Source of the DNA: Acidobacteriota bacterium
GTDB taxonomy: Bacteria; Acidobacteriota; UBA890; WLXD01
NCBI GenBank assembly: GCA_965205505.1
Contig: CBDBHB010000007.1
Span: 64,001 to 128,000 of the forward strand
DNA: 64,000 nucleotides
Direction: 5' to 3'
Shown: in pieces, positions 34,205 to 43,959 of the stretch
How positions within the stretch are numbered: position 1 is the stretch's first letter
Layout of the letters: every line of letters starts with the position of its first letter
Notes under the pieces: generated by a model
Told to the model about the DNA's origin: nothing
Seen by the model: only the letters and a program-made list of their open reading frames with translations
Databases searched by the model: none
Made by a program: the position numbers and the translations under genes

Positions 34205-34557
34205 GCCTCGACGTCCTGAACGTGAATCTCGCCTTCCTCCATAGTCCCGTACTCTTCGTTGATGCGGACGACGAGCCCCAGGGCCACGGCGGTTGTGGCC
34301 ACGCCGACGACGATGGCGGTGAGGATGAGTACCCCTGGAAGCGGGTTGGAATAGATCTCGACGCCCTCGGCGAGGATCGGCGCCGTGCCGCCGTCCACCT
34401 TGCCGACGGTGATGAAGAGCAGGAACACCGAGGTCTGGAAGATACTGAGGCCGATGACCTTCTTGATGAGATTGTCTCGGGCCACGACGATGTAGAAGCC
34501 CGTCATCATCAACACGATGACCACCCAGTAGTTGTATAGCCCCAACACATCCGCCAT
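34201..34557 (-). CDS. mrpC: Mrp antiporter subunit C
   Basis: NLIKKVIGL, NPLPGVLILTAIVVG. Confidence 0.92.
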   Translation of the reverse strand: MADVLGLYNYWVVIVLMMTGFYIVVARDNLIKKVIGLSIFQTSVFLLFITVGKVDGGTAPILAEGVEIYSNPLPGVLILTAIVVGVATTAVALGLVVRINEEYGTMEEGEIHVQDVEA

Positions 34558-34976
34558 CAGCTTCGCATCGTCTCGCCGAAGGCGTAGAAGATCGAGATCA
34601 TCACCCCGGCGACCGTCGTCCCCACGCCAAGCTCGACGAGCAATATGCCGAGGTGCTGACCATGCACTGGATCGTGCTGCAGCACACTGTAGTTGAGAAA
34701 CGTGCCGCCCTTGAGCATGGCGGCAATGCCCACGCCGATATACAGCAATAACCCCAGCGGAATCAGCAGATGGACGATCCGCGGGCTCAACGCTTGCTGG
34801 CAGGCGCGCAGGTCGAAGACGATTGCGTAGAGGATGACGGCGGCGGCGAAGATCACTCCAGCCTGGAAGCCGCCGCCCGGCCCGTAGTCACCGTGCCATT
34901 GAACGTAGAGTGCGTACAAGAGTATGTACGGAATGAGCAGCTTAGCGGCGACGCGGGGAATGCTCTGGCGCTTCAT
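34557..34976 (-). CDS. mrpB: Mrp antiporter subunit B
   Basis: HGDYGPGGGFQAG, ELGVG. ATG at 34976. Confidence 0.92.
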   Translation of the reverse strand: MKRQSIPRVAAKLLIPYILLYALYVQWHGDYGPGGGFQAGVIFAAAVILYAIVFDLRACQQALSPRIVHLLIPLGLLLYIGVGIAAMLKGGTFLNYSVLQHDPVHGQHLGILLVELGVGTTVAGVMISIFYAFGETMRS

Positions 34977-35530
34977 TCGCCGTCCCCGTCGGCCACCCAC
35001 CGCCGCCGCCGCCGAGCGCCACCCAACAGGATCATCACGCCGATGCCGGCCGTGAAGATCACTGCGGTCTCACCGAGGGTGTCGTAGCCGCGATAGCTCG
35101 CCAGCACCGCGGTTACGAGGTTGGGCACCCCCACCTCGTGCGGCGACTCATCGATGTAGCGAGGCGCCACGTGGCGGTGTACCTGCGCGTCAGGATCGCC
35201 GAGCCGCGGCATGTCGATGGTGCCGTACACCAACGCCGCGCCGGTGATGAGGATGACGATCAACGGCAGCAACGGCGCATGCTTGGGCTTCTTCTCCTCA
35301 GAGGTCGTCAGCGACAACGTGACGAGGATGAGGACCGTCGAGATTCCCGCACCGACCGAAGCCTCGGTGAACGCCACGTCGGGCTGGTCGAGCACGCTCA
35401 TCCAGCAGGCGCCCAACAGGCTGTAGATTCCGGAGACGATTGCCGCCGAGAAGAGCCCGCGGAGCCTGGCGATGCGCACCGCCGTCGCCACCAGCAACGC
35501 CAGCAGGACTAGGTCGATGATGGCGTCGAT
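34973..35530 (-). CDS. DUF4040/MrpA C-terminal-like membrane subunit (start codon unclear)
   Basis: PDVAFTEASVGAG, NLVTAVLASYRGYDTLGE. The frame is open from about 35533 (DIDAIIDLVLL), but the first canonical start is TTG at 35497. Confidence 0.85.
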   Translation of the reverse strand: MDAIIDLVLLALLVATAVRIARLRGLFSAAIVSGIYSLLGACWMSVLDQPDVAFTEASVGAGISTVLILVTLSLTTSEEKKPKHAPLLPLIVILITGAALVYGTIDMPRLGDPDAQVHRHVAPRYIDESPHEVGVPNLVTAVLASYRGYDTLGETAVIFTAGIGVMILLGGARRRRRWVADGDGE

Positions 35531-35844
35531 GTCTCACCGTCCTTTCCGTCCAGCATCGGCTCCAAGCCGCGGTCGTAGGCCGCTTGGGCGATCGCGTGGG
35601 TCGACGTCGGGCTGGCAATGTAGATGAAAAAAAGGATGAAGACGAGCTTCGCGGTCACCAGCGATAACCCCGCCTGCAGCATCAGCCCGATGAGAATGAG
35701 CGAGGCACCCAACGTGTCGATGACACCGGCGCCGTGCAACCGAGTGTAGAAATCTGGCAGCCGGCAAAGTCCGAGCGCACCCGCAACACAGAAGAAAGAG
35801 CCGCCCAGGAGCAGCGCCCAGCTGAGAATGTCGATCACGCTCAT
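35509..35844 (-). CDS. mrpG: Mrp antiporter subunit G
   Basis: RLPDFYTRLHGA, SPTSTHAIA. Confidence 0.92.
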   Translation of the reverse strand: MSVIDILSWALLLGGSFFCVAGALGLCRLPDFYTRLHGAGVIDTLGASLILIGLMLQAGLSLVTAKLVFILFFIYIASPTSTHAIAQAAYDRGLEPMLDGKDGETSTPSST

Positions 35845-35851
35845 CGGCGCG

Positions 35852-36145
35852 CTACGCTCCTTCGGAGTCCGCCGACTCTTGGTCGGTCACTTCGGCGAGG
35901 TCGCCGTATTTGAAGTACTTGAGCACGGCGAGCGTGCCGATGAAGTTGATCAGCGCGTAAACGAGCGCCAAATCGAGAAAATCCGGGCGGCCGTTCAAGA
36001 ACCCCAGCACGGCGATGAACAAAACAGTGGCGGTTCCGAAGCTGTTCACGGCCATCACACGGTCGTAGACGGTTGGACCGAGCGCGGCGCGGAGCAGCGC
36101 CAGAGTCATGGTGACCAGGATCGCGACCATCGCCGTCGCGAACAT
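35852..36145 (-). CDS. mrpF: Mrp antiporter subunit F
   Basis: GPTVYDRVMA, DLALVYALINFIGT. Confidence 0.92.
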   Translation of the reverse strand: MFATAMVAILVTMTLALLRAALGPTVYDRVMAVNSFGTATVLFIAVLGFLNGRPDFLDLALVYALINFIGTLAVLKYFKYGDLAEVTDQESADSEGA

Positions 36146-36645
36146 CAGTCGGCTCCCTCCAGCTGCGTCACGCGCCGATCCATCTCTCCGGTCTCCACCC
36201 CTGCCGCCGCCTCACGGCTCAACGCATGCACGGTGATGGTGGCAGCATCGAGCAGGACCGAGACCGTTCCGGGCGTGAGCGTGATCGAGTTGGCGTACAC
36301 CACCTGGGCGAGCTCGCTGCGCTGGCCGGCCGCAACCTCGATGACGTTGGGGCTGATCGGTAGCCGCGGGTGGAGGATTCTCCGCACGACGTCGAGGTTG
36401 GCCTTGACGATCTCCCAGGCCAGCCACGGAATGTACAGCAGCACGCGAACGTTGACGAAATCGACCGGGGCGCCCTCCGCGTCGACGACGTTCATGCGCA
36501 CGGCGATCAGGACGACGAGGGCCGTGCAGACGATCCCCATTACCAGCAGTAGCGGCTCGAAGTGCTGCCCCCAAGGAAACGACATCCCCGACCACACCTG
36601 CCAGGCGGCAAAGAGGAACAGACCGAGGGTGGCGGAGCGTTTCAT
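36145..36645 (-). CDS. mrpE: Mrp antiporter subunit E
   Basis: EIVKANLDV, YANSITLTPGT. ATG at 36645. Confidence 0.92.
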   Translation of the reverse strand: MKRSATLGLFLFAAWQVWSGMSFPWGQHFEPLLLVMGIVCTALVVLIAVRMNVVDAEGAPVDFVNVRVLLYIPWLAWEIVKANLDVVRRILHPRLPISPNVIEVAAGQRSELAQVVYANSITLTPGTVSVLLDAATITVHALSREAAAGVETGEMDRRVTQLEGAD

Positions 36646-36878
36646 CTGGGTTTCCCTGTGCTGATTCGAGCGGCGCGCCAATGGCGGAGTTTCTGCCGGT
36701 GCGCCGCCGGCCGTATACTCGCACCGGCTCACGTGGTCCTCAAGCTCGAGGTCGGCCCTTCGCTTTGCTACGCGGACGAACGCCCCGGTCGTGGTCCGCA
36801 AAAGGGCCCGTAGGTAGTGGGCAGGTTGAGATCGAAGCGCAGCACTAGACTCGCGTTGCCGTTTCGGGTCGCCGAAGT

Positions 36879-37157
36879 CTAGCAGGCCGTGGTGGAAGTG
36901 TGGTGGGTCTGGTTACGGCGAGTTGGGGCCAGATGCAAGGCGGCCTGACACTGGCGATGCCCTAGCCATCGTCGAGGAAGGCCAACGCCGCAGATGGCCC
37001 CAAATCGCCGTAACCCTTCGGGCGACAGGGGGTTGTGCGCGTATGCTGCGTCGTTCCTCGTCAACGATGGGGTAACCATCGCCTCCTCCTCTCTCCTTGC
37101 CTCCACTTCGCAAGACCCTGTCGCCAGATCCACCACACTTTCACCACGGTCTGCTAG
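36879..37157. mobile_element. 279-bp non-autonomous MITE/REPIN-like element B
   Basis: CTAG at both ends. 30-bp inverted repeat 36883-36912/37124-37153 with three G-T pairs. Same internal architecture and cores as element A. Confidence 0.85.
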
Positions 37158-37310
37158 CGCGCCACGGGACGATCCTACAGCGCGGCCGGATCGGACCGGG
37201 CAGCCTTCTAACGTATGACCGACCGGCGGGCGCCGGACGCCGGCATTCAGCAGAATTCGTCGCGCTCGGCGCCTCGAATCTATCCGTGGATTCGGACGGA
37301 GTCAGGCATA

Positions 37311-37335
37311 TAAGTTGTTGATATATAAAGACTTA
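37311..37335. promoter_or_regulatory. AT-rich TAAGT-N15-ACTTA palindrome containing an IHF-consensus site
   Basis: TAAGTTGTTGATA matches YAANNNNTTGATW. Same geometry as 46989-47013. Confidence 0.5.
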
Positions 37336-37412
37336 CCTATTTCTTCGGGCTGGCCGTCGGGGCGCCAGAGGCAACTCGTTCGAGAACGGGCGCCGCGGGC
37401 CGCGTGGGCTTG

Positions 37413-37742
37413 CTACGGGGTCATCTCGCAGCGACCCCGGAAGTAGGCCCCCGGTTCGATGACCAGTTTGGCGGTGTTGAGATCCGCTTCGACCCGGCCG
37501 CTGGCGTGGATGGTCACCCGTTCGGCGCCCCGCACCTGGCCGCTCAGCGTACCGTGCACCTCCAACTCGCCGACCTCCAACTCGCCCTGAAGCGCCGCGC
37601 GCGGGCCGAGGATCAGGGTCGCCGGCGAGAAGACCTTGCCGGTGAACTTGCCGTCGATCCTGACCGACCCCTTGAATTGCAGCGTCCCATCAATCTCGGT
37701 GCCCTCTCCCAAATGACCGTCCAGGTTACCCGTTGTACTCAT
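37413..37742 (-). CDS. Bactofilin (polymer-forming cytoskeletal protein)
   Basis: LGEGTEIDGTLQF-GSVRIDG...IEPGAYFRGRC beta-helix pattern. Lies downstream of parB. Confidence 0.92.
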   Translation of the reverse strand: MSTTGNLDGHLGEGTEIDGTLQFKGSVRIDGKFTGKVFSPATLILGPRAALQGELEVGELEVHGTLSGQVRGAERVTIHASGRVEADLNTAKLVIEPGAYFRGRCEMTP

Positions 37743-37769
37743 CGCTCTCCTCAAATATTCGCCGGCGGC

Positions 37770-38618
37770 TCATTCGATGTCCGTCAACAGGTCGTAGATT
37801 CGATTGAGCTCTTCCAGTGAGGTGAAGGTGATCTCGACCCTGCCGCGGTCCTTGCCGCGGATGGCAACCGGTGTGCCGAGCGCTTTCGCCAGGCGTTGTT
37901 CGGCGGCGGCGACGTCGGGATCGATGGCGGGCGTTTCAGACCGCGCGTTTCCGGGGCTGCTCTCTGCCCGCACTCGCGCCTCGGTCTGTCGAACGCTCAA
38001 GCCGCGTTTGACAACCTCCTCGGCAACGCGACGCTGTGCTGCTGCCGACGACAGGCCAAGCAACGCACGCGCGTGCCCCATCGTCAGGTCGTCATCAACG
38101 AGTTGTTGCTGAATCGTCGCCGGGAGCGAGAGCAGCCTGAGATAGTTCGCTACGGTAGATCGTTCCTTGCCCACCCGGGCCGCGGTTTGTTCCTGCGTGA
38201 GTCCCATTTCCTCCACCAACAGGTGGTACGCACGCGCCTGCTCGATGGCATTCAGATCCTCCCGTTGAAGGTTCTCTATCAACGCCAGTTCCAGCGATTC
38301 GCGCGGCGTCGCCTCTCGAACCACTGCCGGAATGCGCTCCAGGCCGGCGCGTTGTGCGCCACGCCAACGTCGCTCTCCGGCGATCAACTCGAATCCGTTT
38401 TCAGCCTCGCGGACGACAATCGGTTGAAGTACCCCGTGAGTCGCCAAAGATGCCGCCATCGAGTCGATTGCCTCGTCGTCGAAGCTGTCGCGCGGTTGCT
38501 GTGGGTTGGGGCGAATGAGATCGAGCTCCAGCTCGAGCAGCCGCGAACGCGACGCCGTCGACGGCGTTGCCGCCGGGATCAGCGCGTCAAGCCCGCGCCC
38601 GAGTACCTTCCGTGCCAT
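37770..38618 (-). CDS. parB: Chromosome partitioning protein ParB
   Basis: [42 protein letters not shown]. Confidence 0.97.
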   Translation of the reverse strand: MARKVLGRGLDALIPAATPSTASRSRLLELELDLIRPNPQQPRDSFDDEAIDSMAASLATHGVLQPIVVREAENGFELIAGERRWRGAQRAGLERIPAVVREATPRESLELALIENLQREDLNAIEQARAYHLLVEEMGLTQEQTAARVGKERSTVANYLRLLSLPATIQQQLVDDDLTMGHARALLGLSSAAAQRRVAEEVVKRGLSVRQTEARVRAESSPGNARSETPAIDPDVAAAEQRLAKALGTPVAIRGKDRGRVEITFTSLEELNRIYDLLTDIE

Positions 38619-39371
38619 TCCGTACCACCTCGCGCATCAGTTTCAGGTATGCCTGCGCCCCCGCGGAGCGCAGATCGTACAGGATGATGGGCAAGCCGAA
38701 GCTCGGCGCCTCCCCGAGACGCACGTTGCGTGGCACCTCGGCAGCGAAGACATCGTCGCGAAGTGCCGGCGAACATCGGTGATTACCTGTCTGGTGAGGT
38801 TCATTCGCGGATCGACCATCGTCAAAAGGATACCCTCGAGCCGCAAGTCTGGGTTCATGCCGGATCGCACTCGTTCGAGGATCTCAATCATTCGGCTGAG
38901 CCCTTCCAGGGCAAGATACTCGCACTGTATCGGGATGATCACGCTGTCGGAGGCAACCAGCGCGTTTAACGTGAGCAGCCCCAACGCCGGCGGGCAGTCG
39001 ATCACTATGAAGTCGTAGTCGGACCGCACCCGCGCGATCGCCTCCCTCAGGCGCGTCGCACGATCAGCCACCTCCACAAGCTCCAACTCTGCGCCGACTA
39101 GCGTCGGCGCGGCCGGCGACACAGCCAGTTGATCGAGGGCTCCGGCTATCGTCGTCGCGGCAAGCGTGGCGGTGCCAGTGAGTACCTCATAGGTTGTCGG
39201 GTGTCCCTCCGGCGCGGCCACCCCCACGGCGCTGGTGGCGTTAGCTTGCGGGTCGACATCGATGAGCAACGTCGACAAGTCGGCGGCTGCCAGGCAGGCG
39301 GCGAGGTTCACCGCCGTTGTGGTCTTTCCGACCCCGCCCTTCTGGTTGGTGACGGCGATAACTCGTGCCAT
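38587..39371 (-). CDS. parA: Chromosome partitioning ATPase ParA/Soj with one frameshift near 38760
   Basis: [21 protein letters not shown]. The conserved C-terminus ([16 protein letters not shown]...GAQAY) continues in another frame to TGA at 38587. Confidence 0.93.
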
Positions 39372-39500
39372 ACCGCTTTCTCGTGACGGGTGGCTGGCTC
39401 ACGCCTGGCCGCCGGAACGCAGTCTCGATTCCCCTGGTGCCGAAATCGCGACGGCGCGAGCCCCGGAGCGTAACACGGTAGCGAACCCCTGCTGCCGTCA

Positions 39501-39516
39501 AGTTCCACGTGGAACA
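39501..39516. promoter_or_regulatory. parS: parS site 1
   Basis: AGTTCCACGTGGAACA matches the parS palindrome TGTTCCACGTGGAACA at 15/16. Upstream of parA. Confidence 0.93.
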
Positions 39517-39528
39517 CAGCGCTTGAGG

Positions 39529-39544
39529 TGTTCCACGTGGAACC
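39529..39544. promoter_or_regulatory. parS: parS site 2
   Basis: TGTTCCACGTGGAACC, 15/16 match. Confidence 0.93.
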
Positions 39545-39603
39545 GTTGTGCGCCTGCCCAGCCTTCCGGGTGGCGGCGCCACAATGCAACGATCATCTGC
39601 TAG
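39545..39603. repeat. Truncated relative of element A at the rsmG stop codon
   Basis: TGCAACGATCATCTG (39585-39599) is identical to 21084-21098 and is followed by CTAG. It is preceded by a TTGTG...CACAA stem, as at 9573-9612. Confidence 0.55.
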
Positions 39604-40304
39604 GTTCCGAGCTCCAACGATACGAGATATGCCGAGTCGAGGTGAGGGAGCGGCTCGGCCTGTTTTACGACCCACCCGGCTCGACCTGCCCGCCGCCATT
39701 GTCGATCACTCGGCTTCGCAACGGCGCCGCCGGTCGAGAGATTGCGGCGCAGGGCGCGCAGAGTCTCCTCTCCAACGAACAGCAACGCCCTGCCTCCAGG
39801 TGCCATGATGGGTGGCATGGTCCCCAGTAACGGGCCCCATCCGGTCCAGGCCCGTGCGGTAAGCACGTGTACGGGTTGCGGAATGCTACCCGACTCGATC
39901 GCCACGTCGAGCCGCTCGTCGATCACCAACACACTCTCCAACCCGAGCGCATCGACGACCTCTTTCAGGAACGTAGCTTTCTTGGTGTTCGATTCGACCA
40001 GCACGCAGTCGCGATCCGGGTCGAGGATCTTCAGCGGCAGCCCGGGAGCACCGGCCCCCGAGCCAACGTCGAGCATCACGGGCCCGGCCCCGGCAAGGTG
40101 GCGTAGTGCAAGTGCTGGTTCGACGAAGTGTCGCAGCACCGCCGTGCGGCGATCGCGGATGGCAGTGAGGTTGATGTGTTGGTTCCAGCGCTCGAGCAGC
40201 TGTAAATACAGGGAGAACTGAGCTAGCTGCTCAGGACGGAGATGCGGGCGGTAGTGTTCGAAGCCCTTGCGGACCGCGTCTGCCGTGTCTTCGCCGCCGT
40301 GCAC
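39600..40304 (-). CDS. rsmG: 16S rRNA m7G527 methyltransferase
   Basis: WNQHINLTA, LDVGSGAGAPG, VESNTKKATFL, TARA. Confidence 0.93.
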   Translation of the reverse strand: MHGGEDTADAVRKGFEHYRPHLRPEQLAQFSLYLQLLERWNQHINLTAIRDRRTAVLRHFVEPALALRHLAGAGPVMLDVGSGAGAPGLPLKILDPDRDCVLVESNTKKATFLKEVVDALGLESVLVIDERLDVAIESGSIPQPVHVLTARAWTGWGPLLGTMPPIMAPGGRALLFVGEETLRALRRNLSTGGAVAKPSDRQWRRAGRAGWVVKQAEPLPHLDSAYLVSLELGT

Positions 40305-40305
40305 G

Positions 40306-41328
40306 TCAGTGACGGCGACCCCTCGTAGTGGGAATCACATTGACAGCTTTCTGGAAGCCATTCCCGATACTGCGTGTCTCGACCTTGGGGTCCTCTGCCA
40401 GCGTAAGGTGGACGATGCGGCGCTCATAGGGGTTCAACCGGCCCGTTTGCTGCGGGGTGTCCGTCTCCTTCGCCTGGTGGGCCACCTGGTAGGCCATGTC
40501 GCGAATCTCGTCGTCTCGCTGTGAGCGGAAGTCGCCGGCGTCCACCCGCACGCGCCGATGCGCTCGGTCGGGGCGGTGTCGGAACGCATGGTTAAGGATC
40601 AACTCCAACGCCGATAGGCCGCGGCCGCGACCATCGAGCAAGTATTGGTTGTCGTCACCGGTGATTGCTATCTGCAGCGTTTCGCCGTCGAGTCTGGCCT
40701 CAGCCTCGCAATCGAACCCGAGTGTCTCAAAGATCGTGTCGAGCAGGTCGGTAGCCTCGTCCGAGACGTCCATTACGCCAGTTCCCTCGTCCGACTCGGC
40801 CGACTCGTTGGACTCGACCGTTGCCCCCTCTGGTTGATCCTCCAGCGTAGCTTCCGGTGGCACGTCGAATTCCTCCGCCTCCGCGACTTCCTCGACTTCG
40901 GCGGGCGCCTCTGCCGGAGCGCTTTCGGCAACGCGGAAGAACGCCGGCAGGTCGGCCTCGTCGGCAGCAGCAGCAGCGGTCGGCTCCCGATCCCCCGGCT
41001 CCGGTCCGTCATCGCCGTCCGTATCTCCCGGCGCTGGCGGCACTACGGGTGGCGCTTCGTCGGCTACAACCGCGGATTCCACGGGCTCCGTGAGCTCAGC
41101 CTCGCCTCCCGTCTCCGAACTCGAGCTGTCCCCTGATGCTGCGTCCGGCGGCTCGGACCCACGCCGCCAGGCGCGCACGGAATACACCGTGTCACCCAGG
41201 CCCCAAAAATCACCCGCCTTCTCGTCGACCAGTTCGTGTTCAAGCTCATCGACGGACACTCCGAGTGCCGTCGCTGCCTGTTCCAGGGCTGCTTCCACCG
41301 ACTTGTCTTCGAAAACCTGTGCGCTCAT
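40306..41328 (-). CDS. jag: Jag/KhpB/EloR RNA-binding protein (Jag_N, acidic linker, KH, R3H)
   Basis: SVEAALEQAATALG N-terminal domain, LNPYERRIVH R3H motif. ATG at 41328, downstream of yidC. Confidence 0.9.
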   Translation of the reverse strand: MSAQVFEDKSVEAALEQAATALGVSVDELEHELVDEKAGDFWGLGDTVYSVRAWRRGSEPPDAASGDSSSSETGGEAELTEPVESAVVADEAPPVVPPAPGDTDGDDGPEPGDREPTAAAAADEADLPAFFRVAESAPAEAPAEVEEVAEAEEFDVPPEATLEDQPEGATVESNESAESDEGTGVMDVSDEATDLLDTIFETLGFDCEAEARLDGETLQIAITGDDNQYLLDGRGRGLSALELILNHAFRHRPDRAHRRVRVDAGDFRSQRDDEIRDMAYQVAHQAKETDTPQQTGRLNPYERRIVHLTLAEDPKVETRSIGNGFQKAVNVIPTTRGRRH

Positions 41329-43076
41329 CGCTTGCCTCGCTGGCGTTTCTTGGCCTTGGGAAGAGCCTTCTCTGCCTGAAGCTCCGCGTCCATCTTCCGG
41401 TTCACGTAGAGCTGTTGCGTAATTCCGAGAAGGTTGTTTACGAGCCAGTAAAGCACCAACCCGCTGGGCACGTAGAGAAAAAGTACCGTAAAGATGATGG
41501 GCATGAACTTGAACATCCGCGCCTGCATGGGATCGGCGCCAGGCGACGGGGTCATCCGCTGCTGCACCAGCATGCTGCCGCCCATGAGCAGAGGCAGCAC
41601 GAGATATGGATCGTAGTCTGAAAGGTCCTGGACCCACATTACGAACGGCGCCTGGCGAAGCTCTACCGCGACCGATAGAAGCCGATAGAAGGAGAAAAGG
41701 ATTGGCAACTGCGCCAGCATCGGCAGGCACCCGCCGAAGGGCGACACGCCCTCGCGCTTGTAGAGCGCCATCACCTCCTCGTTCATCTTCTGCTTTTGCT
41801 CGAGCTCCTTGGAGCCCTTGTACTTCGCGCGAATCGCCGCCATCTGTGGTTGCAGTCGCTGCATGCGCCGCATAGAGACCATCGACTTGTGATTCAACGG
41901 CAAGAAGACGACCCGGAGCAACACCGTCAGCAGGATGATTGCGACGCCGTAGTTGCCAACGAAGGAGTGAATCCAGACGAGCAGCGCCAGCAGCGGGCGC
42001 GCCAACACCCCGAGCCAGCCAAAATCAACTGCGCGGTCGATGTCGTACCCCTGCTGCAAGAGATAGTCGAACTTCTTCGGGCCCAGATAGACCCCGGTAA
42101 CCACGCCCGTGGGCGGGATCCCAATGGCCACGCTCGCCAATGCCACCTGCGGTTCGTCGGATGGCGGCACGCTGTTCACGCGTCGGCTGGAGATCTGCAC
42201 CGCGGGTGGCGCGTCGAACAGGAAAGCTCCGAGGAAATAGTGGCTCTCGATTCCGGCCCACCGTACCGGGCCGGAAACTCCGATCGCAGATTCCGGTTCA
42301 GGCGGCGCCCAGCGCTCGATATCCTCACCCACGAGCGCTAGCGCGCCCTCCGCGAGAAACACGTTACGCGATCCGGCCTCGACTTCGTCCAGGCCAGCGC
42401 CCAGCGTCAAGTACATTTCGGCAGCGCCTGGCAGCGTGGCGTCCACTCGAACCCTGAGCTGATTGCCGGTCGCCGGAAACTCGATGCGTTTCGAAACCAC
42501 CGCGCCCCGCCCGTCGGCCCAACGGAAGGTTACCACCACGGGGTCGCCAGGTCTTGCTGTGCGCTCCCGGTCGCCCTCGACGCCGCCGCGAACATCAAGC
42601 TCGTACAGGGCACTGTTCGCCGCCGCCGCGATGGCGGGGTTGCTCGGGGTTTCGATGCCGAACGGCAACGCGTCTGCGGCTGCCGCAGCCGGGTGAACAA
42701 GCTCTAAGGGCGTGCGCGCAGCGGACTGATACTGGTTCAACACGAACCCCTGCAGCCTGCCGCCGACGTTTGTTACCGACGCCGTGTAGTTTTCGGCGTG
42801 GATGCGGAGGGTCTCCTGCTGCTGTGCCGATACCGCTTCAACGCTACCGTCCGCGGCGCGGGTTGCTTCGGGGAGCACGGCTTCTTGGGGGGCTGCAACG
42901 TTCTCGTCGATGACCGGGTCGCGTGTTTGCGGCGCCGCCGCGGCATCCTGCTGCTGAAGCGACGATTCGTCAACGGGCGGCACGAAATAGTATTGATAGA
43001 GTGCCAGGACCGCCATAGACAGCACGATCGCGAGCAGCGCTCGCGACTCCATCCTGGGCTCTTGGTCGCTACTCAT
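41325..43076 (-). CDS. yidC: Membrane protein insertase YidC
   Basis: YLGPK, VDFGW, NYGVAII, GGCLPMLAQ, GLVLYWLVNN. ATG at 43076. Confidence 0.97.
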   Translation of the reverse strand: MSSDQEPRMESRALLAIVLSMAVLALYQYYFVPPVDESSLQQQDAAAAPQTRDPVIDENVAAPQEAVLPEATRAADGSVEAVSAQQQETLRIHAENYTASVTNVGGRLQGFVLNQYQSAARTPLELVHPAAAAADALPFGIETPSNPAIAAAANSALYELDVRGGVEGDRERTARPGDPVVVTFRWADGRGAVVSKRIEFPATGNQLRVRVDATLPGAAEMYLTLGAGLDEVEAGSRNVFLAEGALALVGEDIERWAPPEPESAIGVSGPVRWAGIESHYFLGAFLFDAPPAVQISSRRVNSVPPSDEPQVALASVAIGIPPTGVVTGVYLGPKKFDYLLQQGYDIDRAVDFGWLGVLARPLLALLVWIHSFVGNYGVAIILLTVLLRVVFLPLNHKSMVSMRRMQRLQPQMAAIRAKYKGSKELEQKQKMNEEVMALYKREGVSPFGGCLPMLAQLPILFSFYRLLSVAVELRQAPFVMWVQDLSDYDPYLVLPLLMGGSMLVQQRMTPSPGADPMQARMFKFMPIIFTVLFLYVPSGLVLYWLVNNLLGITQQLYVNRKMDAELQAEKALPKAKKRQRGKR

Positions 43077-43293
43077 GCGCCATCGGTACCGGGTCGTACC
43101 CGGCCTGGCTGAAAGGGTGGCAGCGGAGGATCCGGCGCACGGCCAACCACGCACCACGTACGACGCCGTGTTGCGCAACACTCTGTCGCGCGTACTCCGA
43201 GCAACTCGGATCGAAGCGACACTGGCCACCTAGGAGCGGTGACAGCGCCACCTGGTAGACGCGAATGAGGCAGACGAGCAGGCGCGCGATCAT
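43069..43293 (-). CDS. yidD: Membrane protein insertion efficiency factor
   Basis: YQVALSP, CRFDPSCSEYA, RILRCHPF...GYDPVP. Confidence 0.95.
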   Translation of the reverse strand: MIARLLVCLIRVYQVALSPLLGGQCRFDPSCSEYARQSVAQHGVVRGAWLAVRRILRCHPFSQAGYDPVPMAHE

Positions 43294-43644
43294 GCCGGCT
43301 GGCCAGTAGCTCGGGCCGGCGAGTGCCAACAGGCCCGGAAGCAGGTCTGCAGGGCGACTTTCGAGTGTTCCCGGCCTCGCCACGACGACATAGTCATAGC
43401 CCACGGCGAACCCCTCCCACTGACTCCTGAACGCCTCTCGCACCAGTCGGCGGGCGCGATTACGTACCACGGCATTGCCAAGCCGCCGCGTCGCAGTAAT
43501 GCCGAGTCGCGGGTACTGCAGTCCGTTGGGGCGCGTAAACAATACGAACCTCGGCTCAACCTGTTTGGTGCCCTCTGCGTACACGCTCTCAAACTCCGAA
43601 CGTTTGCGCAGGCGGTGGGTTCTCGGGAACCCTTCCGGTCTCAC
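43290..43644 (-). CDS. rnpA: Ribonuclease P protein (reads in frame into yidD as sequenced)
   Basis: FPRTHRLRKRSEF, RLGITAT, AVVRNRARR (RNR motif), DYVVVAR. Confidence 0.93.
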
Positions 43645-43675
43645 GGCGCGGTATCGGCGGCTTCGCGAGTTCAGA

Positions 43676-43813
43676 TCAAGAGGGCGCCAGCCGCCTGCGG
43701 CCCTTGCGGCGACGACGACGGAGCACTGCGCGTCCGGAGCGCGTACGCATCCGGAGCCTGAAACCATGCACTTTCCGCCTGCGACGGCGGTTTGGCTGGA
43801 ACGTGCGCTTCAT
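43676..43813 (-). CDS. rpmH: 50S ribosomal protein L34
   Basis: [22 protein letters not shown]...[13 protein letters not shown]. Confidence 0.97.
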   Translation of the reverse strand: MKRTFQPNRRRRRKVHGFRLRMRTRSGRAVLRRRRRKGRRRLAPS

Positions 43814-43930
43814 TGGACTTGTGGTTTTGCTCGCCGTGCACGAGCCGCGAAAACGCGGAAACATCCGTCCGGCGAAGGCACCGTAGGGGGCGTTGAACAG
43901 GTGGCCCCCTGCTTCCTACGAAGGAGTTCG

Positions 43931-43959
43931 ACACTATCGGCTCCGCCGGGAGCCGTCAA
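43931..43959 (-). promoter_or_regulatory. Sigma70-type promoter for the rpmH operon
   Basis: TTGACG-N17-TAGTGT on the minus strand, about 120 bp upstream of rpmH. Confidence 0.6.

Noticed and set aside
40780-41140. Long acidic low-complexity region in Jag
   Set aside because: Variable disordered linkers are normal in Jag/KhpB proteins.
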